Notes: generated from the sequence alone by a model not told the origin. A DNA stretch of 64,000 nucleotides from Chloroflexota bacterium (GCA_031400455.1 JANNPX010000029.1:464-64463); one strand, 5' to 3'; shown: positions 1 to 10,534, counted from the first letter of the stretch. Translations and numbers: made by a program.

Positions 1-49
1 CTTTAGTGGACGGGTTTTTTGATACCCGGCGGCGGCCGAAGCAGGAAGA

Positions 50-64
50 GGCACATGATGTGCC
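50..64. promoter_or_regulatory. Perfect 7-bp inverted repeat GGCACAT-G-ATGTGCC upstream of ilvB, covering the tandem ATG ATG at 55-60
   Basis: Read directly: ggcacatgatgtgcc is its own reverse complement around a central g. It lies about 270 nt upstream of the ilvB start. Confidence 0.4.
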
Positions 65-222
65 GAAAACAGGGAATGATGAACAAGCAGATCGCTTCTC
101 CGGAGGGTACCCCGGTCTCGGCGTCCAGCCAGTTGGCACGCCGTGACCGCGATGTAGTACGCCTCTTGTCCGGGGTATCCGGCGAGCAGAACACGCTCGC
201 GCTACTCGGACTCCTCCTTTAG
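55..222 (+). CDS. Candidate leader peptide (56 aa) ending LALLGLLL-stop, upstream of ilvB
   Basis: ATG at 55 is preceded by AGGAAGAGG. The frame ends ...NTLALLGLLL then TAG at 220-222 (6 Leu in the last 8 codons), 110 nt before the ilvB start. This follows the pattern of ilv/leu attenuation leaders. Confidence 0.25.
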   Translation: MMCRKQGMMNKQIASPEGTPVSASSQLARRDRDVVRLLSGVSGEQNTLALLGLLL

Positions 223-331
223 TCGTCCTCGCGCCGCACGCGGATTGCAGGGGACGATGCCCACCAGGGTGGGAACACCAACGACAACGACGGATGCCGC
301 ATCGTGCGGACGAGTCGCAGGAGAAGCAGCA

Positions 332-2062
332 ATGACAAAGATCAAGGGCGCAGAGATCATCATGGAGTGCCTCCGCAAGGAGGGGGTCGAGATCATCTTC
401 GGCTACCCCGGCGGCGCCAACCTCCCGATGTACGACGCGCTGAAGAAGTACCCCGACATCAAGCACGTGCTCGTGCGCCACGAGCAGGCGGCGGCGCATG
501 CCGCCGACGCGTACGCGCGCGTCTCCGGCAAGGCAGGCGTCTGCTGGGCGACGTCCGGCCCCGGCGCGACGAACCTCGTCACGGGCATCGCCAACGCGTG
601 GATGGATTCCGTGCCGCTGGTGTGCATCACAGGCCAGGTCGTCTCGTGGCTGCTCGGCCGCGATGGATTCCAGGAAGCGGACATCACCGGCATCACGATC
701 CCGATCGTCAAGCACAACGTGCTCGTGCTGGACGTCGAGGACATCGCGCCTGCTATCGCCGAGGCGTTCCACATCGCAACGACGGGGCGGCCGGGGCCGG
801 TGCTGGTCGATATCCCGCGCGACGTGCAGCAAGCGCTGTGCGAGTTCAACTATCCGGAGAAGGTGAGCCTGCCGGGCTATCAGCCGACGGTGATGGGGCA
901 TCCGGGTCAGGTGAAGAAGGCGGCGCAGCTCATCGCCGAGTCGGAGAAGCCGCTGATCCTCGCGGGGCACGGCGTCGTCATCGCTCGCGCGGCGGAGGAG
1001 CTGACGGAGCTGGCGGAGAAGGCGCAGATCCCCGTGATCACGACGCTGCTCGGACTGGGCGGCATGGCGGGATCGCACGAGCTGAACATGGGGATGCCGG
1101 GCATGCACGGCATGTATTGGAACAACATGGGCATCCAGGAAGCTGATCTCGTCATCGGTATCGGCATGCGCTTCGATGACCGCGTGACGGGTGCGCTGAA
1201 GGACTTCGCGCCGAACGCGAAGATCATCCACATCGACATCGACCCGGCGGAGATCGGCAAGAACGTCAAGACGATGGTGCCGATCGTCGGCGACGTGAAG
1301 GCGGTGCTGAAGCAGCTGCTGCCGCAGGTCGAGCCGATGCGACACGATGCGTGGCGCGCGTGGTTCGCCGACATGCGGGCGAAGCACCCGTCGATCGCGA
1401 TCCCGGAGAGCGATAAGATCCTGCCGCAGTACGTGATCAAGAAGATCTACGAAATGTCCGGCCCGAAGGCGTACTACGCGACGGGCGTCGGGCAGCATCA
1501 GATGTGGGCGGCGCAGTACTTCTGGGGCGACAACCCGTACTCGTTCGTGACGTCGGGTGGCCTCGGAACGATGGGGTTCGAGGTGCCGGCGGCGATCGGC
1601 GTGCAGTTCGCGCGGCCGCACGACACCGTGTGGGCGTTCTGCGGCGACGGTGGCTTCCAGATGACGATGCAGGAGCTGTCGCTCTGCGCGGAGTACGAAC
1701 TGCCGATCAAGTTCGCCATCATCAACAACCACTATCTGGGCATGGTGCGGCAGTGGCAGGACACGTTCTACGACGGCAACAAGCAGTCGGTGCGGATGTT
1801 CCAGCCGGACTTCGTGAAGCTGGCTGAGGCGATGGGTGTCACCGGCATCCGCGTCACCGAGAAGTCGATGGTGGAGTCGTCGATCGAGGCGGCGCTGCGG
1901 CACCCGGGCGCCGTGTTGCTCGACTTCGAGGTCGAGGAGGCGGAGGACTGCTATCCGATGATGCCGCCCGGCGTCAGCCTGTCGGACACCATCGACCAGC
2001 CGAAGATCGAGACGCGGCCGCGCGAGACCACGCGCGAGCCCGCCGGCGGGAGGGCGCGATGA
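332..2062 (+). CDS. ilvB: Acetolactate synthase large subunit (TPP-dependent)
   Basis: Translation [37 protein letters not shown]... has the GDG and TPP-binding regions typical of the AHAS large subunit. AGGAGA lies 8 nt before the ATG at 332. The 245 start in the ORF track is an upstream TTG extension. Confidence 0.9.
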   Translation: MTKIKGAEIIMECLRKEGVEIIFGYPGGANLPMYDALKKYPDIKHVLVRHEQAAAHAADAYARVSGKAGVCWATSGPGATNLVTGIANAWMDSVPLVCITGQVVSWLLGRDGFQEADITGITIPIVKHNVLVLDVEDIAPAIAEAFHIATTGRPGPVLVDIPRDVQQALCEFNYPEKVSLPGYQPTVMGHPGQVKKAAQLIAESEKPLILAGHGVVIARAAEELTELAEKAQIPVITTLLGLGGMAGSHELNMGMPGMHGMYWNNMGIQEADLVIGIGMRFDDRVTGALKDFAPNAKIIHIDIDPAEIGKNVKTMVPIVGDVKAVLKQLLPQVEPMRHDAWRAWFADMRAKHPSIAIPESDKILPQYVIKKIYEMSGPKAYYATGVGQHQMWAAQYFWGDNPYSFVTSGGLGTMGFEVPAAIGVQFARPHDTVWAFCGDGGFQMTMQELSLCAEYELPIKFAIINNHYLGMVRQWQDTFYDGNKQSVRMFQPDFVKLAEAMGVTGIRVTEKSMVESSIEAALRHPGAVLLDFEVEEAEDCYPMMPPGVSLSDTIDQPKIETRPRETTREPAGGRAR

Positions 2063-2634
2063 GCGGCAGACTGCACACGATCGTCGCACTGGTGGAGAAC
2101 CGGCCCGGCGTGCTCAACAAGATCGCCAACAAGTGGCGCCAGCGCGCGTTCAACATCGAGAGCCTGACCGTCGGGCCGAGCGAACTGCCGGGGCTGTCGC
2201 GCATGACATTCACGGTGGACGGCATCGCGCACGACATCGAGCAGGTGACGAAGCAGCTCTACAAAGTGATCGAGGTGGTGAAGATCACCGACGTCACGGA
2301 GGAACGCATCGTCGCACGGGAACTCGCGCTCGTGAAGGTTGCGACGACGAAGGACAACCGCGGCGCCGTGATCGAAGTGGTCAACATGTTCCGCGCGAAC
2401 ATCGTGGATGTCGCGGTCGACTCGCTGGTCATCGAAGTGACCGGCGCGGAAGAGAAGATCGACGCGATGATCGCGATGCTGACACCGTTCGGGCTGAAGG
2501 AGTTGGTGCGGACGGGCCGCGTGGCGATGACGCGCGGGGCACAGCCGCCGACGCCGTCCCTCGAGACGAACGGCGTGTATCACAAGTACCGGTCGGCCGG
2601 CGAAGGCAAGCCGAAGGTGGGGAGCCTGATCTAG
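2059..2634 (+). CDS. ilvN: Acetolactate synthase small (regulatory) subunit
   Basis: ACT-domain protein [44 protein letters not shown] overlap with the ilvB stop. Confidence 0.9.
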   Translation: MSGRLHTIVALVENRPGVLNKIANKWRQRAFNIESLTVGPSELPGLSRMTFTVDGIAHDIEQVTKQLYKVIEVVKITDVTEERIVARELALVKVATTKDNRGAVIEVVNMFRANIVDVAVDSLVIEVTGAEEKIDAMIAMLTPFGLKELVRTGRVAMTRGAQPPTPSLETNGVYHKYRSAGEGKPKVGSLI

Positions 2635-2732
2635 AGGTTGGAAGTTGGAGGTCTGAGCCTCTGACGGGAATCGGACGGGGCCATCAGTCAGTCGGCGCGA
2701 GCGCCTATCAACGAGACAGGAACAACAACGCA

Positions 2733-3731
2733 ATGCCACAGATGTACTACGACAAGGACGCGGATCTTTCGCTGCTCAAGGGGAAGACGATCGGCGTGAT
2801 CGGGTTCGGCAGCCAGGGGCATGCCCACGCGCTGAACCTCAAGGACAGCGGCTGCAACGTCATCGTCGGCCTCTACCCCGGCTCGAAGTCGTGGGCGAAG
2901 GTCGAAGAGGCGGGGCTGCGCGTCGGCAATGTGCGCGAGGTCGCCGAAGAGGCGGACATCATCATGATCCTTGCGCCCGACCAGGTCGCGAAGGACGTGT
3001 ACTACAGCCATATCGCCGACGGCTTGAAGCCGGGCAACATGGTGATGTGGGCGCACGGGTTCAACGTGCACTTCGACCAGGTGCAGACGCCGGACGATAT
3101 CGACGTGACGATGGTCGCGCCGAAGGGGCCGGGGCACCTCGTACGCCGCGTGTACGCCGAGGGCGGCGGCGTGCCGGCGCTCTTCGCCGTACACCAGAAC
3201 GCTACGGAGTCGGCGCGGCAGATCGCGCTGGCATACGCGAAGGGCATCGGCGCGACGCGCGCCGGCGTGCTGGAGACGACGTTCAAAGAAGAGACCGAGA
3301 CGGACCTCTTCGGCGAGCAGGCCGTTCTCTGCGGCGGTACGACGGCGCTCGTAAAGGCGGCGTTCGAGACGCTGTGCGAGGCGGGGTACCAGCCGGAACT
3401 GGCGTACTTCGAGTGCATGCACGAGCTGAAGCTGATCGTCGACCTGATGTACGAGGGCGGCATGGAGTACATGCGCTACTCGATCAGCGACACGGCCGAG
3501 TACGGCGATTACTCTCGCGGGCCGGTAGTGATCGATGCGCACGTCAAAGAGAACATGAAGCGCGTGCTGGGCCAGATCCAGGACGGGACCTTCGCGAAGG
3601 AATGGATCCTCGAGAACCAGGCTGGGCGCCCGAGCTTCAACGCGCTGCGGCGGATCAACGCCTCGCACCAGATCGAAGAAGTGGGCGCGGAGTTGCGCGG
3701 CATGATGCAGTGGTTGAAGAAGAGCCGCTGA
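2733..3731 (+). CDS. ilvC: Ketol-acid reductoisomerase
   Basis: [40 protein letters not shown]... is the classic KARI N-terminus. The ATG at 2733 is in frame with the long ORF 2133..3731. Confidence 0.9.
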   Translation: MPQMYYDKDADLSLLKGKTIGVIGFGSQGHAHALNLKDSGCNVIVGLYPGSKSWAKVEEAGLRVGNVREVAEEADIIMILAPDQVAKDVYYSHIADGLKPGNMVMWAHGFNVHFDQVQTPDDIDVTMVAPKGPGHLVRRVYAEGGGVPALFAVHQNATESARQIALAYAKGIGATRAGVLETTFKEETETDLFGEQAVLCGGTTALVKAAFETLCEAGYQPELAYFECMHELKLIVDLMYEGGMEYMRYSISDTAEYGDYSRGPVVIDAHVKENMKRVLGQIQDGTFAKEWILENQAGRPSFNALRRINASHQIEEVGAELRGMMQWLKKSR

Positions 3732-3748
3732 CATAACGGATTGACGTA

Positions 3749-3814
3749 ATGATGAACGAGTTCACGATGACTACGATGCTCGGCCTCACACTTCAACAGC
3801 CCTCGTCCGCCTGA
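3749..3814 (+). CDS. Candidate short uORF / leader peptide MMNEFTMTTMLGLTLQQPSSA between ilvC and leuA
   Basis: ATGATG begins 18 nt after the ilvC stop. The 21 codons include MLGLTL. A TTGACG -35-like hexamer sits at 3741-3746. Confidence 0.2.
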   Translation: MMNEFTMTTMLGLTLQQPSSA

Positions 3815-3858
3815 GCGGATCGGAGGGCACGGAGTTGGGCGCCGCGCGCCGCGCCGAA

Positions 3859-3874
3859 TGTTTCACGTGAAACA
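3859..3874. promoter_or_regulatory. Perfect 16-bp palindrome TGTTTCACGTGAAACA immediately upstream of the leuA SD/start
   Basis: Read directly. Followed by the GGAGG SD at 3882-3886 and the leuA ATG at 3895. Likely an operator for a dimeric regulator. Confidence 0.45.
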
Positions 3875-3894
3875 ATGCAACGGAGGACATCGTC

Positions 3895-5442
3895 ATGGAC
3901 AAGGTCATCATTTTCGATACGACACTGCGCGACGGCGAGCAGTCGCCGGGCGTCGCGCTGACGGCAGAAGACAAGATGCAGATCGCGCGCCAGCTCGAGC
4001 GGCTGGGCGTGGACATCATCGAGGCGGGCTTCCCGCGCACGTCGCCGGGCGACTTCGAAGCGGTGCAGGCGATCGCGCGCGAGATCAAGGGCGCGCAGAT
4101 CGCAGGGCTCGCGCACGCAAACCCCGAGGCCGTCGATGCGTGCTGGGATGCGGTGAAGGGCGGTGTTCAGCCGCGCATCCACGTCTTTCTGTCGACGAGC
4201 GACATCCACATCATGCACCAGCTGGCGAAAGACAAGGAGACCGTGCTCGAGATGGCGCGGACGATGGTGGCACGCGCCGCGGGCTACTGCAGCGACGTCG
4301 AATTTAGCCCGATGGACGCGACACGTAGCGACCGCAAGTTCGTCTACTGGATGCTGGAGCAGTGCATCGAAGCAGGCGCGACGACGGTGAACATTCCGGA
4401 CACGGTGGGCTACGCCATCCCGGAGGAGTTCGCGGGGTTTATCAAGGACATCTACGAGAACGTGCCGAACATCCACAAGGCTCGCATCTCCGTGCACTGC
4501 CACAACGACCTGGGTCTGGCGGTAGCCAACTCGCTGGCGGCAGTCTCGGTAGGCGCGCGGCAGATCGAGACGTGCATCAACGGCATCGGCGAGCGGGCGG
4601 GGAATGCGGCGCTCGAAGAAGTCGTGATGGCGATCAAGACGCGGCGCGACTTTATGAACGTCGAGACGAACATCAAGACGCAGGAGCTCTACCGGACGAG
4701 CCGCATGGTCGCGGATCTCACGGGCATGAGCATGCAGTGGAACAAGGCAATCGTCGGCGCGAACGCGTTCCGCCACCAGTCCGGCATTCACCAGGACGGC
4801 GTGCTGAAGATGCGCGAGACGTACGAGATCATGGACGCGAAGGAGATCGGCTGGCCGTCCGGCGGCGCGGAGATCGTGCTGGGCAAGGTATCCGGGCGCC
4901 ACGGGTTCAAGTCGCGGCTGGAAGAGCTGGGGTACGACCTCACCGAGGAAGAGCTGTCGCGCGCCTTCATGGCGTTCAAGGAACTGGCGGACAAGAAGGC
5001 GGAGATCGACGACCGCGACCTCGAGGCGATCGTCGCCGACAAGCTGCGTACCCAGACCGAGATCTACCACCTCGACTTCGTGCAGGTGTCGTGCGGCGAC
5101 CACGCCACGCCGACGGCGACGGTACGCCTGATCGCGCCTGACGGGACGGTACGGGCTGACGCCGCGCTCGGTACGGGGCCGGTCGACGCGGTGTATCGCG
5201 CGATCAACCGCATCGTCGATGTCGAGAACGAGCTGACGGAGTTCCACGTCAAGAGCGTCACCGAAGGCATCGACGCGCAGGGTGAAGTGACGATTCGCAT
5301 CGAGGGCGGCGGACGCAGCTATCTGGGCCGCGGTGCGGACACGGACGTGATCGTGGCTTCGGCCAAGGCGTACATGAACGCGCTCAACCGCATGCTGGCG
5401 TTGGACCGGCGGCAGAATTCCGAAATGGCGACGAAGCCGTAG
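3895..5442 (+). CDS. leuA: 2-isopropylmalate synthase
   Basis: [27 protein letters not shown]... with the HxH metal site ([16 protein letters not shown]) and the C-terminal LeuA regulatory domain. Confidence 0.92.
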   Translation: MDKVIIFDTTLRDGEQSPGVALTAEDKMQIARQLERLGVDIIEAGFPRTSPGDFEAVQAIAREIKGAQIAGLAHANPEAVDACWDAVKGGVQPRIHVFLSTSDIHIMHQLAKDKETVLEMARTMVARAAGYCSDVEFSPMDATRSDRKFVYWMLEQCIEAGATTVNIPDTVGYAIPEEFAGFIKDIYENVPNIHKARISVHCHNDLGLAVANSLAAVSVGARQIETCINGIGERAGNAALEEVVMAIKTRRDFMNVETNIKTQELYRTSRMVADLTGMSMQWNKAIVGANAFRHQSGIHQDGVLKMRETYEIMDAKEIGWPSGGAEIVLGKVSGRHGFKSRLEELGYDLTEEELSRAFMAFKELADKKAEIDDRDLEAIVADKLRTQTEIYHLDFVQVSCGDHATPTATVRLIAPDGTVRADAALGTGPVDAVYRAINRIVDVENELTEFHVKSVTEGIDAQGEVTIRIEGGGRSYLGRGADTDVIVASAKAYMNALNRMLALDRRQNSEMATKP

Positions 5443-5533
5443 CGACCAAGGGCCACGGCCTGAGGTAAAGGGCGTTGCTCGAAGCCTTGACAGAGACTTA
5501 GTGAACTTGGTAACCTCCGATTTGGGAGGTGCC

Positions 5534-5947
5534 ATGGCCACACGACGAAAGAAAGTCACATATGCAGTTGGCGGAGAGGCGGCCACCGGGGCTCTGCAAG
5601 ACGCGGCCATAGCCTGGCGGGTGGATGCGGAGGAAGACGCTGATGCCGGACGCGGGGCTACGCGGCTCAGCGGAAAGAATCAAATTACGCTGCCGGTGGC
5701 GATGCTACGAACGCTGGGGTGGCGAGCCGGAGACGAGGTGGACCTTATGATAGACGGGGAAGAGATACGGCTGCGGCGGCGGCTGCAAGGCAAGCCGCTC
5801 CTGGACAGGCTGGAAGGCGCCCTCAGTCATGTGCCTGAGTGGCAGACCAAAGAGGGCATACATACCTGGGTGCGCCAGGAGCGCGGCAGTTGGGATCGTG
5901 AGTGGGATTCAGAACCGAAGCCTTCGAGGAGCGGGTCGGCGGACTGA
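5534..5947 (+). CDS. vapB: AbrB/MazE/SpoVT-type antitoxin (VapB-like)
   Basis: The ITLPVAMLRTLGWRAGDEVDLMIDGEEIRLRR swapped-hairpin motif. GGGAGG SD before the ATG at 5534. Directly precedes a PIN-domain gene. Confidence 0.65.
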   Translation: MATRRKKVTYAVGGEAATGALQDAAIAWRVDAEEDADAGRGATRLSGKNQITLPVAMLRTLGWRAGDEVDLMIDGEEIRLRRRLQGKPLLDRLEGALSHVPEWQTKEGIHTWVRQERGSWDREWDSEPKPSRSGSAD

Positions 5948-6447
5948 GGCACATCAGCCTTGATTCGTGCGCGTGCATCTACCTCCTCACTCGGACGGAG
6001 CCGTTCACGGCACCGATACGGAGCTTGTTCGAGCGGGCGGATGCCCGCAGGCTCGCGATCTCGCTGTCGCGTTTGGTGCAGATGGAGTTGTTGGTGCATC
6101 CAATGCGCAGCCGCGATCCGCGAGAGCGCGAGATCATCGTCGATCTCACTGAGCGTGCGGGCGGCGTGCAGACGACCGAGCTGACGCGGACCGTGCTGTT
6201 CCTTGCGGCGGAGATTCGTGCGCACACCCGGCTCAAGACACCCGATGCGATCGTCGTGGCTTCGGCCGCGGCGAACGGTTGCGAAGCGATCATCGGAAAC
6301 GACAAGCGATTTCGGGACCTCGATTCGCTGGCGGGCACGCGGTTGTTGGCGAGTTCCCGGCCCGTAACGTTGCCCGAATACGTGCACCTCGATGACTACG
6401 ATGAAGAACTGAGACGACCAGCACTGACCAGGCGGGGACCGAAATGA
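5902..6447 (+). CDS. vapC: PIN-domain toxin (VapC-like ribonuclease)
   Basis: ...[12 protein letters not shown]... and ...[23 protein letters not shown]... carry conserved PIN acidic residues. The stop TGA overlaps the leuC ATG (ATGA). The annotated GTG start overlaps the vapB 3' end by 46 nt, so the true start may be further downstream. Confidence 0.65.
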   Translation: MGFRTEAFEERVGGLRHISLDSCACIYLLTRTEPFTAPIRSLFERADARRLAISLSRLVQMELLVHPMRSRDPREREIIVDLTERAGGVQTTELTRTVLFLAAEIRAHTRLKTPDAIVVASAAANGCEAIIGNDKRFRDLDSLAGTRLLASSRPVTLPEYVHLDDYDEELRRPALTRRGPK

Positions 6448-7850
6448 CGAAGACACTGTCCGAGAAGATCTGGGATGCACACCTTGTGCGGCACGAGGAG
6501 GGGAAGCCCGACCTGCTGTACATCGATCTGCATCTGGTGCACGAAGTGACGTCGGCGCAGGCGTTCGAGGGGTTGCGGCTGGCCGGGCGGAAAGTTCGGC
6601 GGCCCGATCTGACGCTGGCGACGGTGGACCACAACGTCCCGACGCGCGACCGCGACAAGCCGTGGGCAGATCCGCTTTCGACGAAGCAGGTCGAGACGAT
6701 CGCTACGAACGCCGAGGAGTTCGGCGTGCCGTACTTCGGCGTGAACGACCGGCGGCAGGGGATCGTGCACATCATCGGGCCGGAGCAGGGGCTGACGCAG
6801 CCAGGGATGACGATCGTCTGCGGCGATAGCCATACGTCGACGCACGGCGCGTTCGGATCGCTGGCGTTCGGCATCGGCACGTCGGAAGTCGAACATGTGC
6901 TGGCGACGCAGACTCTGGCTCAGGCGACGCCGAAGACGATGTCCGTAGAAGTGAATGGCACGCTGCATGACGGCGTTACGTCGAAGGACGTGATTCTCGC
7001 AATCATTCGCAAGATCGGCGTGGCAGGCGGCGTCGGGCACGTGATCGAGTATCGCGGGGACGTGATCCGGTCGTTCTCGATGGAAGGCCGCATGACGGTC
7101 TGCAACATGTCGATCGAAGGCGGCGCCCGTGCGGGCTTGGTTGCGCCGGACGACACGACGTTCGCGTACGTCGAGGGGCGGCCGTTCGCGCCGAAGGGCG
7201 CCGACTGGGAGCGCGCGCTCGACGGCTGGCGCACGCTGCCGACCGACGAGGGCGCGGCGTTCGACGTGAACATCGAGCTTAAGGGCGAAGACATCGAGCC
7301 GTGCGTGACGTGGGGCACAACGCCCGCGCAGAGTGTGCCGGTGACGGGCCGCATCCCCGATCCGAACAGCTTCTCCGACGAGCGAGTGCGCGAACTGGCG
7401 GAGCGTTCGCTGACGTATATGGACCTCAAGCCGGGCACGGCGATCGAGGACATCACGCTGGACCGCGTGTTTCTCGGGTCGTGCACGAACGGGCGGATCG
7501 AGGATCTTCGCGCGGCGGCTGAAGTCGTGCGCGGGCAGAAGGTTTCGGACCACGTGTACGCGATGGTGGTACCGGGCTCCGGGCTGGTGAAGGCGCAGGC
7601 GGAGCAGGAGGGGCTGGACGCGATCTTCAAGGACGCGGGCTTCGACTGGCGCGACGCCGGCTGCTCGATGTGCCTGGGGATGAACCCCGACATCCTGCTG
7701 CCGGGCGAGCGCTGCGCTTCGACCTCGAACCGCAACTTCGAGGGGCGGCAGGGGCCGGGCGGGCGCACGCACCTCGTCAGTCCGCAGATGGCGGCCGCGG
7801 CGGCGATCGCCGGGCACTTCGTCGATATCCGATCGTGGAGGCGAAACTGA
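6444..7850 (+). CDS. leuC: 3-isopropylmalate dehydratase large subunit
   Basis: [15 protein letters not shown]... with the aconitase-family Cys ligands (SCTNGR, GCSMCLG). Confidence 0.92.
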   Translation: MTKTLSEKIWDAHLVRHEEGKPDLLYIDLHLVHEVTSAQAFEGLRLAGRKVRRPDLTLATVDHNVPTRDRDKPWADPLSTKQVETIATNAEEFGVPYFGVNDRRQGIVHIIGPEQGLTQPGMTIVCGDSHTSTHGAFGSLAFGIGTSEVEHVLATQTLAQATPKTMSVEVNGTLHDGVTSKDVILAIIRKIGVAGGVGHVIEYRGDVIRSFSMEGRMTVCNMSIEGGARAGLVAPDDTTFAYVEGRPFAPKGADWERALDGWRTLPTDEGAAFDVNIELKGEDIEPCVTWGTTPAQSVPVTGRIPDPNSFSDERVRELAERSLTYMDLKPGTAIEDITLDRVFLGSCTNGRIEDLRAAAEVVRGQKVSDHVYAMVVPGSGLVKAQAEQEGLDAIFKDAGFDWRDAGCSMCLGMNPDILLPGERCASTSNRNFEGRQGPGGRTHLVSPQMAAAAAIAGHFVDIRSWRRN

Positions 7851-8446
7851 TGGAGCCGTTCAAGAAGGTTCGTGGCAAGATCCTGCCGCTTCCGCGCGCC
7901 GATGTCGACACCGACCAGATCATTCCAGCGAAGTACCTCAAGCGCATCGAGCGTACTGGCTTCGGCGAGTTCGCGTTCGACGCGTGGCGCAAGGACCCGG
8001 ATTTCGTGCTGAACGATGATCGCTACGACGGCGCGGAAGTGCTGGTGACGGGCCCGAACTTCGGCTGCGGGTCGTCGCGCGAGCATGCGCCCTGGGCGCT
8101 GCAGCAGATGGGGCTCAAGGCGATCGTTGCGCCGTCGTTCGCGGACATCTTCCGCAACAACTGCGCGAAGATCGGACTGCTCACCGTCGAGCTGCCGCAG
8201 GACAGCATCGACCGGCTGATCGCCCGCGCGGAGGACTCGCCTGGCTACGAGATGGAGGTCGACCTGGAGACGCAGACCGTGAGCCTCGGCAACGGCAAGT
8301 CGCGCCACTTCGATGTCGACCCCTTCGTGAAGCACTGCCTGCTCAACGGCCTCGACGAGATCGGGCTGACGTTGCAGGAGGGCGACGCAATCGACGCGTT
8401 CGAGTCGAAGCGGTCGGAGCTGCTACCGTCGACGGCGGGGGCGTAG
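7850..8446 (+). CDS. leuD: 3-isopropylmalate dehydratase small subunit
   Basis: [33 protein letters not shown]... ATGA overlap with the leuC stop. Confidence 0.9.
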   Translation: MEPFKKVRGKILPLPRADVDTDQIIPAKYLKRIERTGFGEFAFDAWRKDPDFVLNDDRYDGAEVLVTGPNFGCGSSREHAPWALQQMGLKAIVAPSFADIFRNNCAKIGLLTVELPQDSIDRLIARAEDSPGYEMEVDLETQTVSLGNGKSRHFDVDPFVKHCLLNGLDEIGLTLQEGDAIDAFESKRSELLPSTAGA

Positions 8447-8668
8447 CGCACTTCGTTTAGGAAGGCGCACGCAGACGGGATATCGCGACTCGATACTCTA
8501 TGATTGGCGGCGCAAACACAGGTTCATGGTGATGATGATGTTTGCATCTGCCGCGCCAAAGTCATGCCAAGGGAGCGTCGGCATGGCTGTCAGTGCCAAA
8601 GCCGTGGGCGTCGTCGCCGAGTGTGATATCGGGTTTTTCGGTGCACAGCCCGGTATCAGGGGCTGCTG

Positions 8669-8989
8669 ATGCGTTTCGTCGCAGCCCTGCTCCTAGTCAT
8701 CACGACGACCGGCTGGATCATGGTTGCTGGTCAGGCTGGATTGTTTGTCGTCCCCGGGCTCGTATCCGCCGAATACACTTTGGGCGCCGGCATCGCATTC
8801 ACAATCATCTACGTAATAGCTCCGGTCGTACTGGCAATAGGGTGGAGCCTACTCGTGCAACGGCGCCTGCCGACAGCCAAGCAGGCGGAGATGGCTGTGA
8901 TAGTGGTGGTCGCCCTTCTCGGCCTGGTGGTCTTGGCCCTTCCTGTCGGTCTGGGGCTCAATTGGCTTGTTGAGAATACTGCGCTCTGA
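8669..8989 (+). CDS. Small hydrophobic membrane protein (about 3 TM), hypothetical
   Basis: 106 aa, almost entirely hydrophobic helices. AGGGG before the ATG. Lies in a lower-GC patch 8.46-9.0 kb. Confidence 0.4.
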   Translation: MRFVAALLLVITTTGWIMVAGQAGLFVVPGLVSAEYTLGAGIAFTIIYVIAPVVLAIGWSLLVQRRLPTAKQAEMAVIVVVALLGLVVLALPVGLGLNWLVENTAL

Positions 8990-9059
8990 GACTCGACTTG
9001 AAATAGACGCCCCGATTGAAGCATGTCGTTGACGGCGTCGGAGCGCGCTCTCAATCCGA

Positions 9060-9108
9060 GTCGTCGTCACACAACGAGGGGAGGGCCGCATTGCTGCGAC
9101 CCTCCCTC
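9060..9108 (-). terminator. Candidate intrinsic terminator of htrA
   Basis: 11-bp stem with one mismatch (gggagggccgc / gcgaccctccc) and loop attgct at 9076-9108. On the minus strand it is followed by GUUGUGUG. Confidence 0.3.
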
Positions 9109-9210
9109 TACTCCGCGTTCCGCACCGCCACCCGCCACACCATCCGCGGAGTTTCCGGCTATCCCGTCGTATCTCGGCTCATCTGTTCGTCTCGGTGTTT
9201 GAGCGCGGGA

Positions 9211-10335
9211 TCACGCTGAGGAGTCCCAGGACTTCAGGGTGGCGGTTACTTCTGTATCTTCGCCGTCCCGGTGGATGGTGATGATCACCTTGTCGCCGAC
9301 GGCTTTGGTGTCGATGTAGTCGGCGAGATCGTCGAAGGTCTTCGTCGTGTTGCCGTCGAGGGCGACGATGACGTCGCCGGTGCCGTCGGTAGCGCCGCGG
9401 ATGCCGGCCTGGCCCGCGCCGCTGCCGCTATCGACGGACGCGACGGCGACGCCGTGCTCGATGCCGAGCGTCCTGAGTTCCGCGGGCGTCAGCGTCTTGC
9501 CGGAGATGCCGAGGCGGGCGTGGGTGATCGTCTCGCCGCCGGTGAGCTGCGTGAGGTAGCGCTTCGGCGTGTTGATCGGCACGGCGTACCCGACGCCGGC
9601 GAACGAGTCGGCGCCGCTTGGATTCTCGATGGCGGTGTTGATGCCGATGACTTCGCCCTGCATGTTGATCAGCGCGCCGCCGGAGTTGCCGGGGTTGATG
9701 GCGGCGTCGGCCTGCAGCAAGCCGCGCAGTGGCCGTCCGTTGGCGCTCGACGTGAGCGTGCGGTCGAGGCCGCTGATGACGCCGGTCGTGAAGGTGCCTT
9801 CCAGGCCGAACGGGTTGCCGATGGCGGCGATGACGGAACCGACCTTCACGAGGCTGGAGTCGCCGAGCGTGGCGGGTTGGAGCAGGCTCGCGTCCGCGTC
9901 GGTCTTGACGACGGCGGTATCGTCACCGGGATCCTTGCCGATGACATCGGCGCTGGCGGTGCTGCCGTCCGAGAAGGTGATGGTGACGGTGTCGAAGCCG
10001 TTGACGACGTGGTAGTTCGTCAGGATGTGGCCTTCCTTGTCGAGCACGATGCCGGAGCCGAGGCCGCCGCCCTGACCGCGGACGGTAGAGCCGGCGGCGC
10101 TGCCGGTCGTGATGAGCACGATGGAGGGGCGAACCTTGTCGTAGAGCGCAGTAAAGTCGTCGTTGGACGTTAGCGGCGCGCCCGGCGATCCGCTGGTGTT
10201 CACCTGGCCGGAGGTGGTGGCCGGCGCGACGGTTGCGCTGTTCGTGCTGCCGCCGTCGTCGCGGGCCCAGACGACGCCGCCGACGATGGCGGCGCCGGCG
10301 AGTACGCCGAGCAGTCCTGTCGTGAATGATTTCAT
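9211..10335 (-). CDS. htrA: HtrA/DegP-family trypsin-like serine protease with PDZ domain, secreted
   Basis: Signal/TM N-terminus, catalytic triad contexts HILTNYHV, DTAVVK and GNSGGAL, and a C-terminal PDZ domain. Confidence 0.85.
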   Translation of the reverse strand: MKSFTTGLLGVLAGAAIVGGVVWARDDGGSTNSATVAPATTSGQVNTSGSPGAPLTSNDDFTALYDKVRPSIVLITTGSAAGSTVRGQGGGLGSGIVLDKEGHILTNYHVVNGFDTVTITFSDGSTASADVIGKDPGDDTAVVKTDADASLLQPATLGDSSLVKVGSVIAAIGNPFGLEGTFTTGVISGLDRTLTSSANGRPLRGLLQADAAINPGNSGGALINMQGEVIGINTAIENPSGADSFAGVGYAVPINTPKRYLTQLTGGETITHARLGISGKTLTPAELRTLGIEHGVAVASVDSGSGAGQAGIRGATDGTGDVIVALDGNTTKTFDDLADYIDTKAVGDKVIITIHRDGEDTEVTATLKSWDSSA

Positions 10336-10353
10336 TTACGGTCTCCGTTAGCG

Positions 10354-10383
10354 GTCAGCTAGTCAGCCTGTCAGCTAGTCAGC
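10354..10383. repeat. Tandem direct repeat GTCAGCTAGTCAGC x2 (2-nt spacer) 19-48 nt upstream of the htrA start
   Basis: Read directly: gtcagctagtcagc ct gtcagctagtcagc. Confidence 0.6.
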
Positions 10384-10504
10384 GGGTCGGTCCGTTTGCC
10401 GGCCGTCGCTGCAGTGCTCACTCAGTATGTCGGTTCGGTCGAGGTGATCGTGCTTCAAACATGTTACGCGGCGCGGCGGCGTGGGGATTCCGGCGCAGAA
10501 AGTG

Positions 10505-10534
10505 GAAGAGCCACGCGGGCACACGTGGCTCTTC
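10505..10534. promoter_or_regulatory. Perfect 11-bp-stem hairpin (GAAGAGCCACG / CGTGGCTCTTC, 8-nt loop) in the 620-nt htrA upstream region
   Basis: Read directly. No adjacent U-tract, so it is not an obvious terminator. Confidence 0.35.

Noticed and set aside
304-1146. 280-aa ORF (Arg/Gly/His-rich) in an alternative frame inside ilvB
   Set aside because: Low-complexity translation typical of out-of-frame high-GC sequence, fully overlapping the well-supported ilvB frame.
2133-3731. 532-aa ORF that starts inside ilvN
   Set aside because: Only the last 332 aa (from the ATG at 2733) are KARI. The upstream part is an R/G/D-rich out-of-frame read-through of ilvN.
3793-5610. 605-aa minus-strand ORF antisense to leuA
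   Set aside because: Arg/Ala/Val-rich low-complexity translation, a mirror of a confidently assigned gene. High-GC antisense artefact.
6396-8335. Two ~470-aa minus-strand ORFs antisense to leuC/leuD
   Set aside because: Same reasoning: no domain-like sequence, and they overlap confident genes.
10354-10383. CRISPR array, considered for the tandem repeats here and at 11401..12025
   Set aside because: There are only 2-3 copies, repeats of 14 or about 35 nt without regular unique spacers, and no cas genes in the window.
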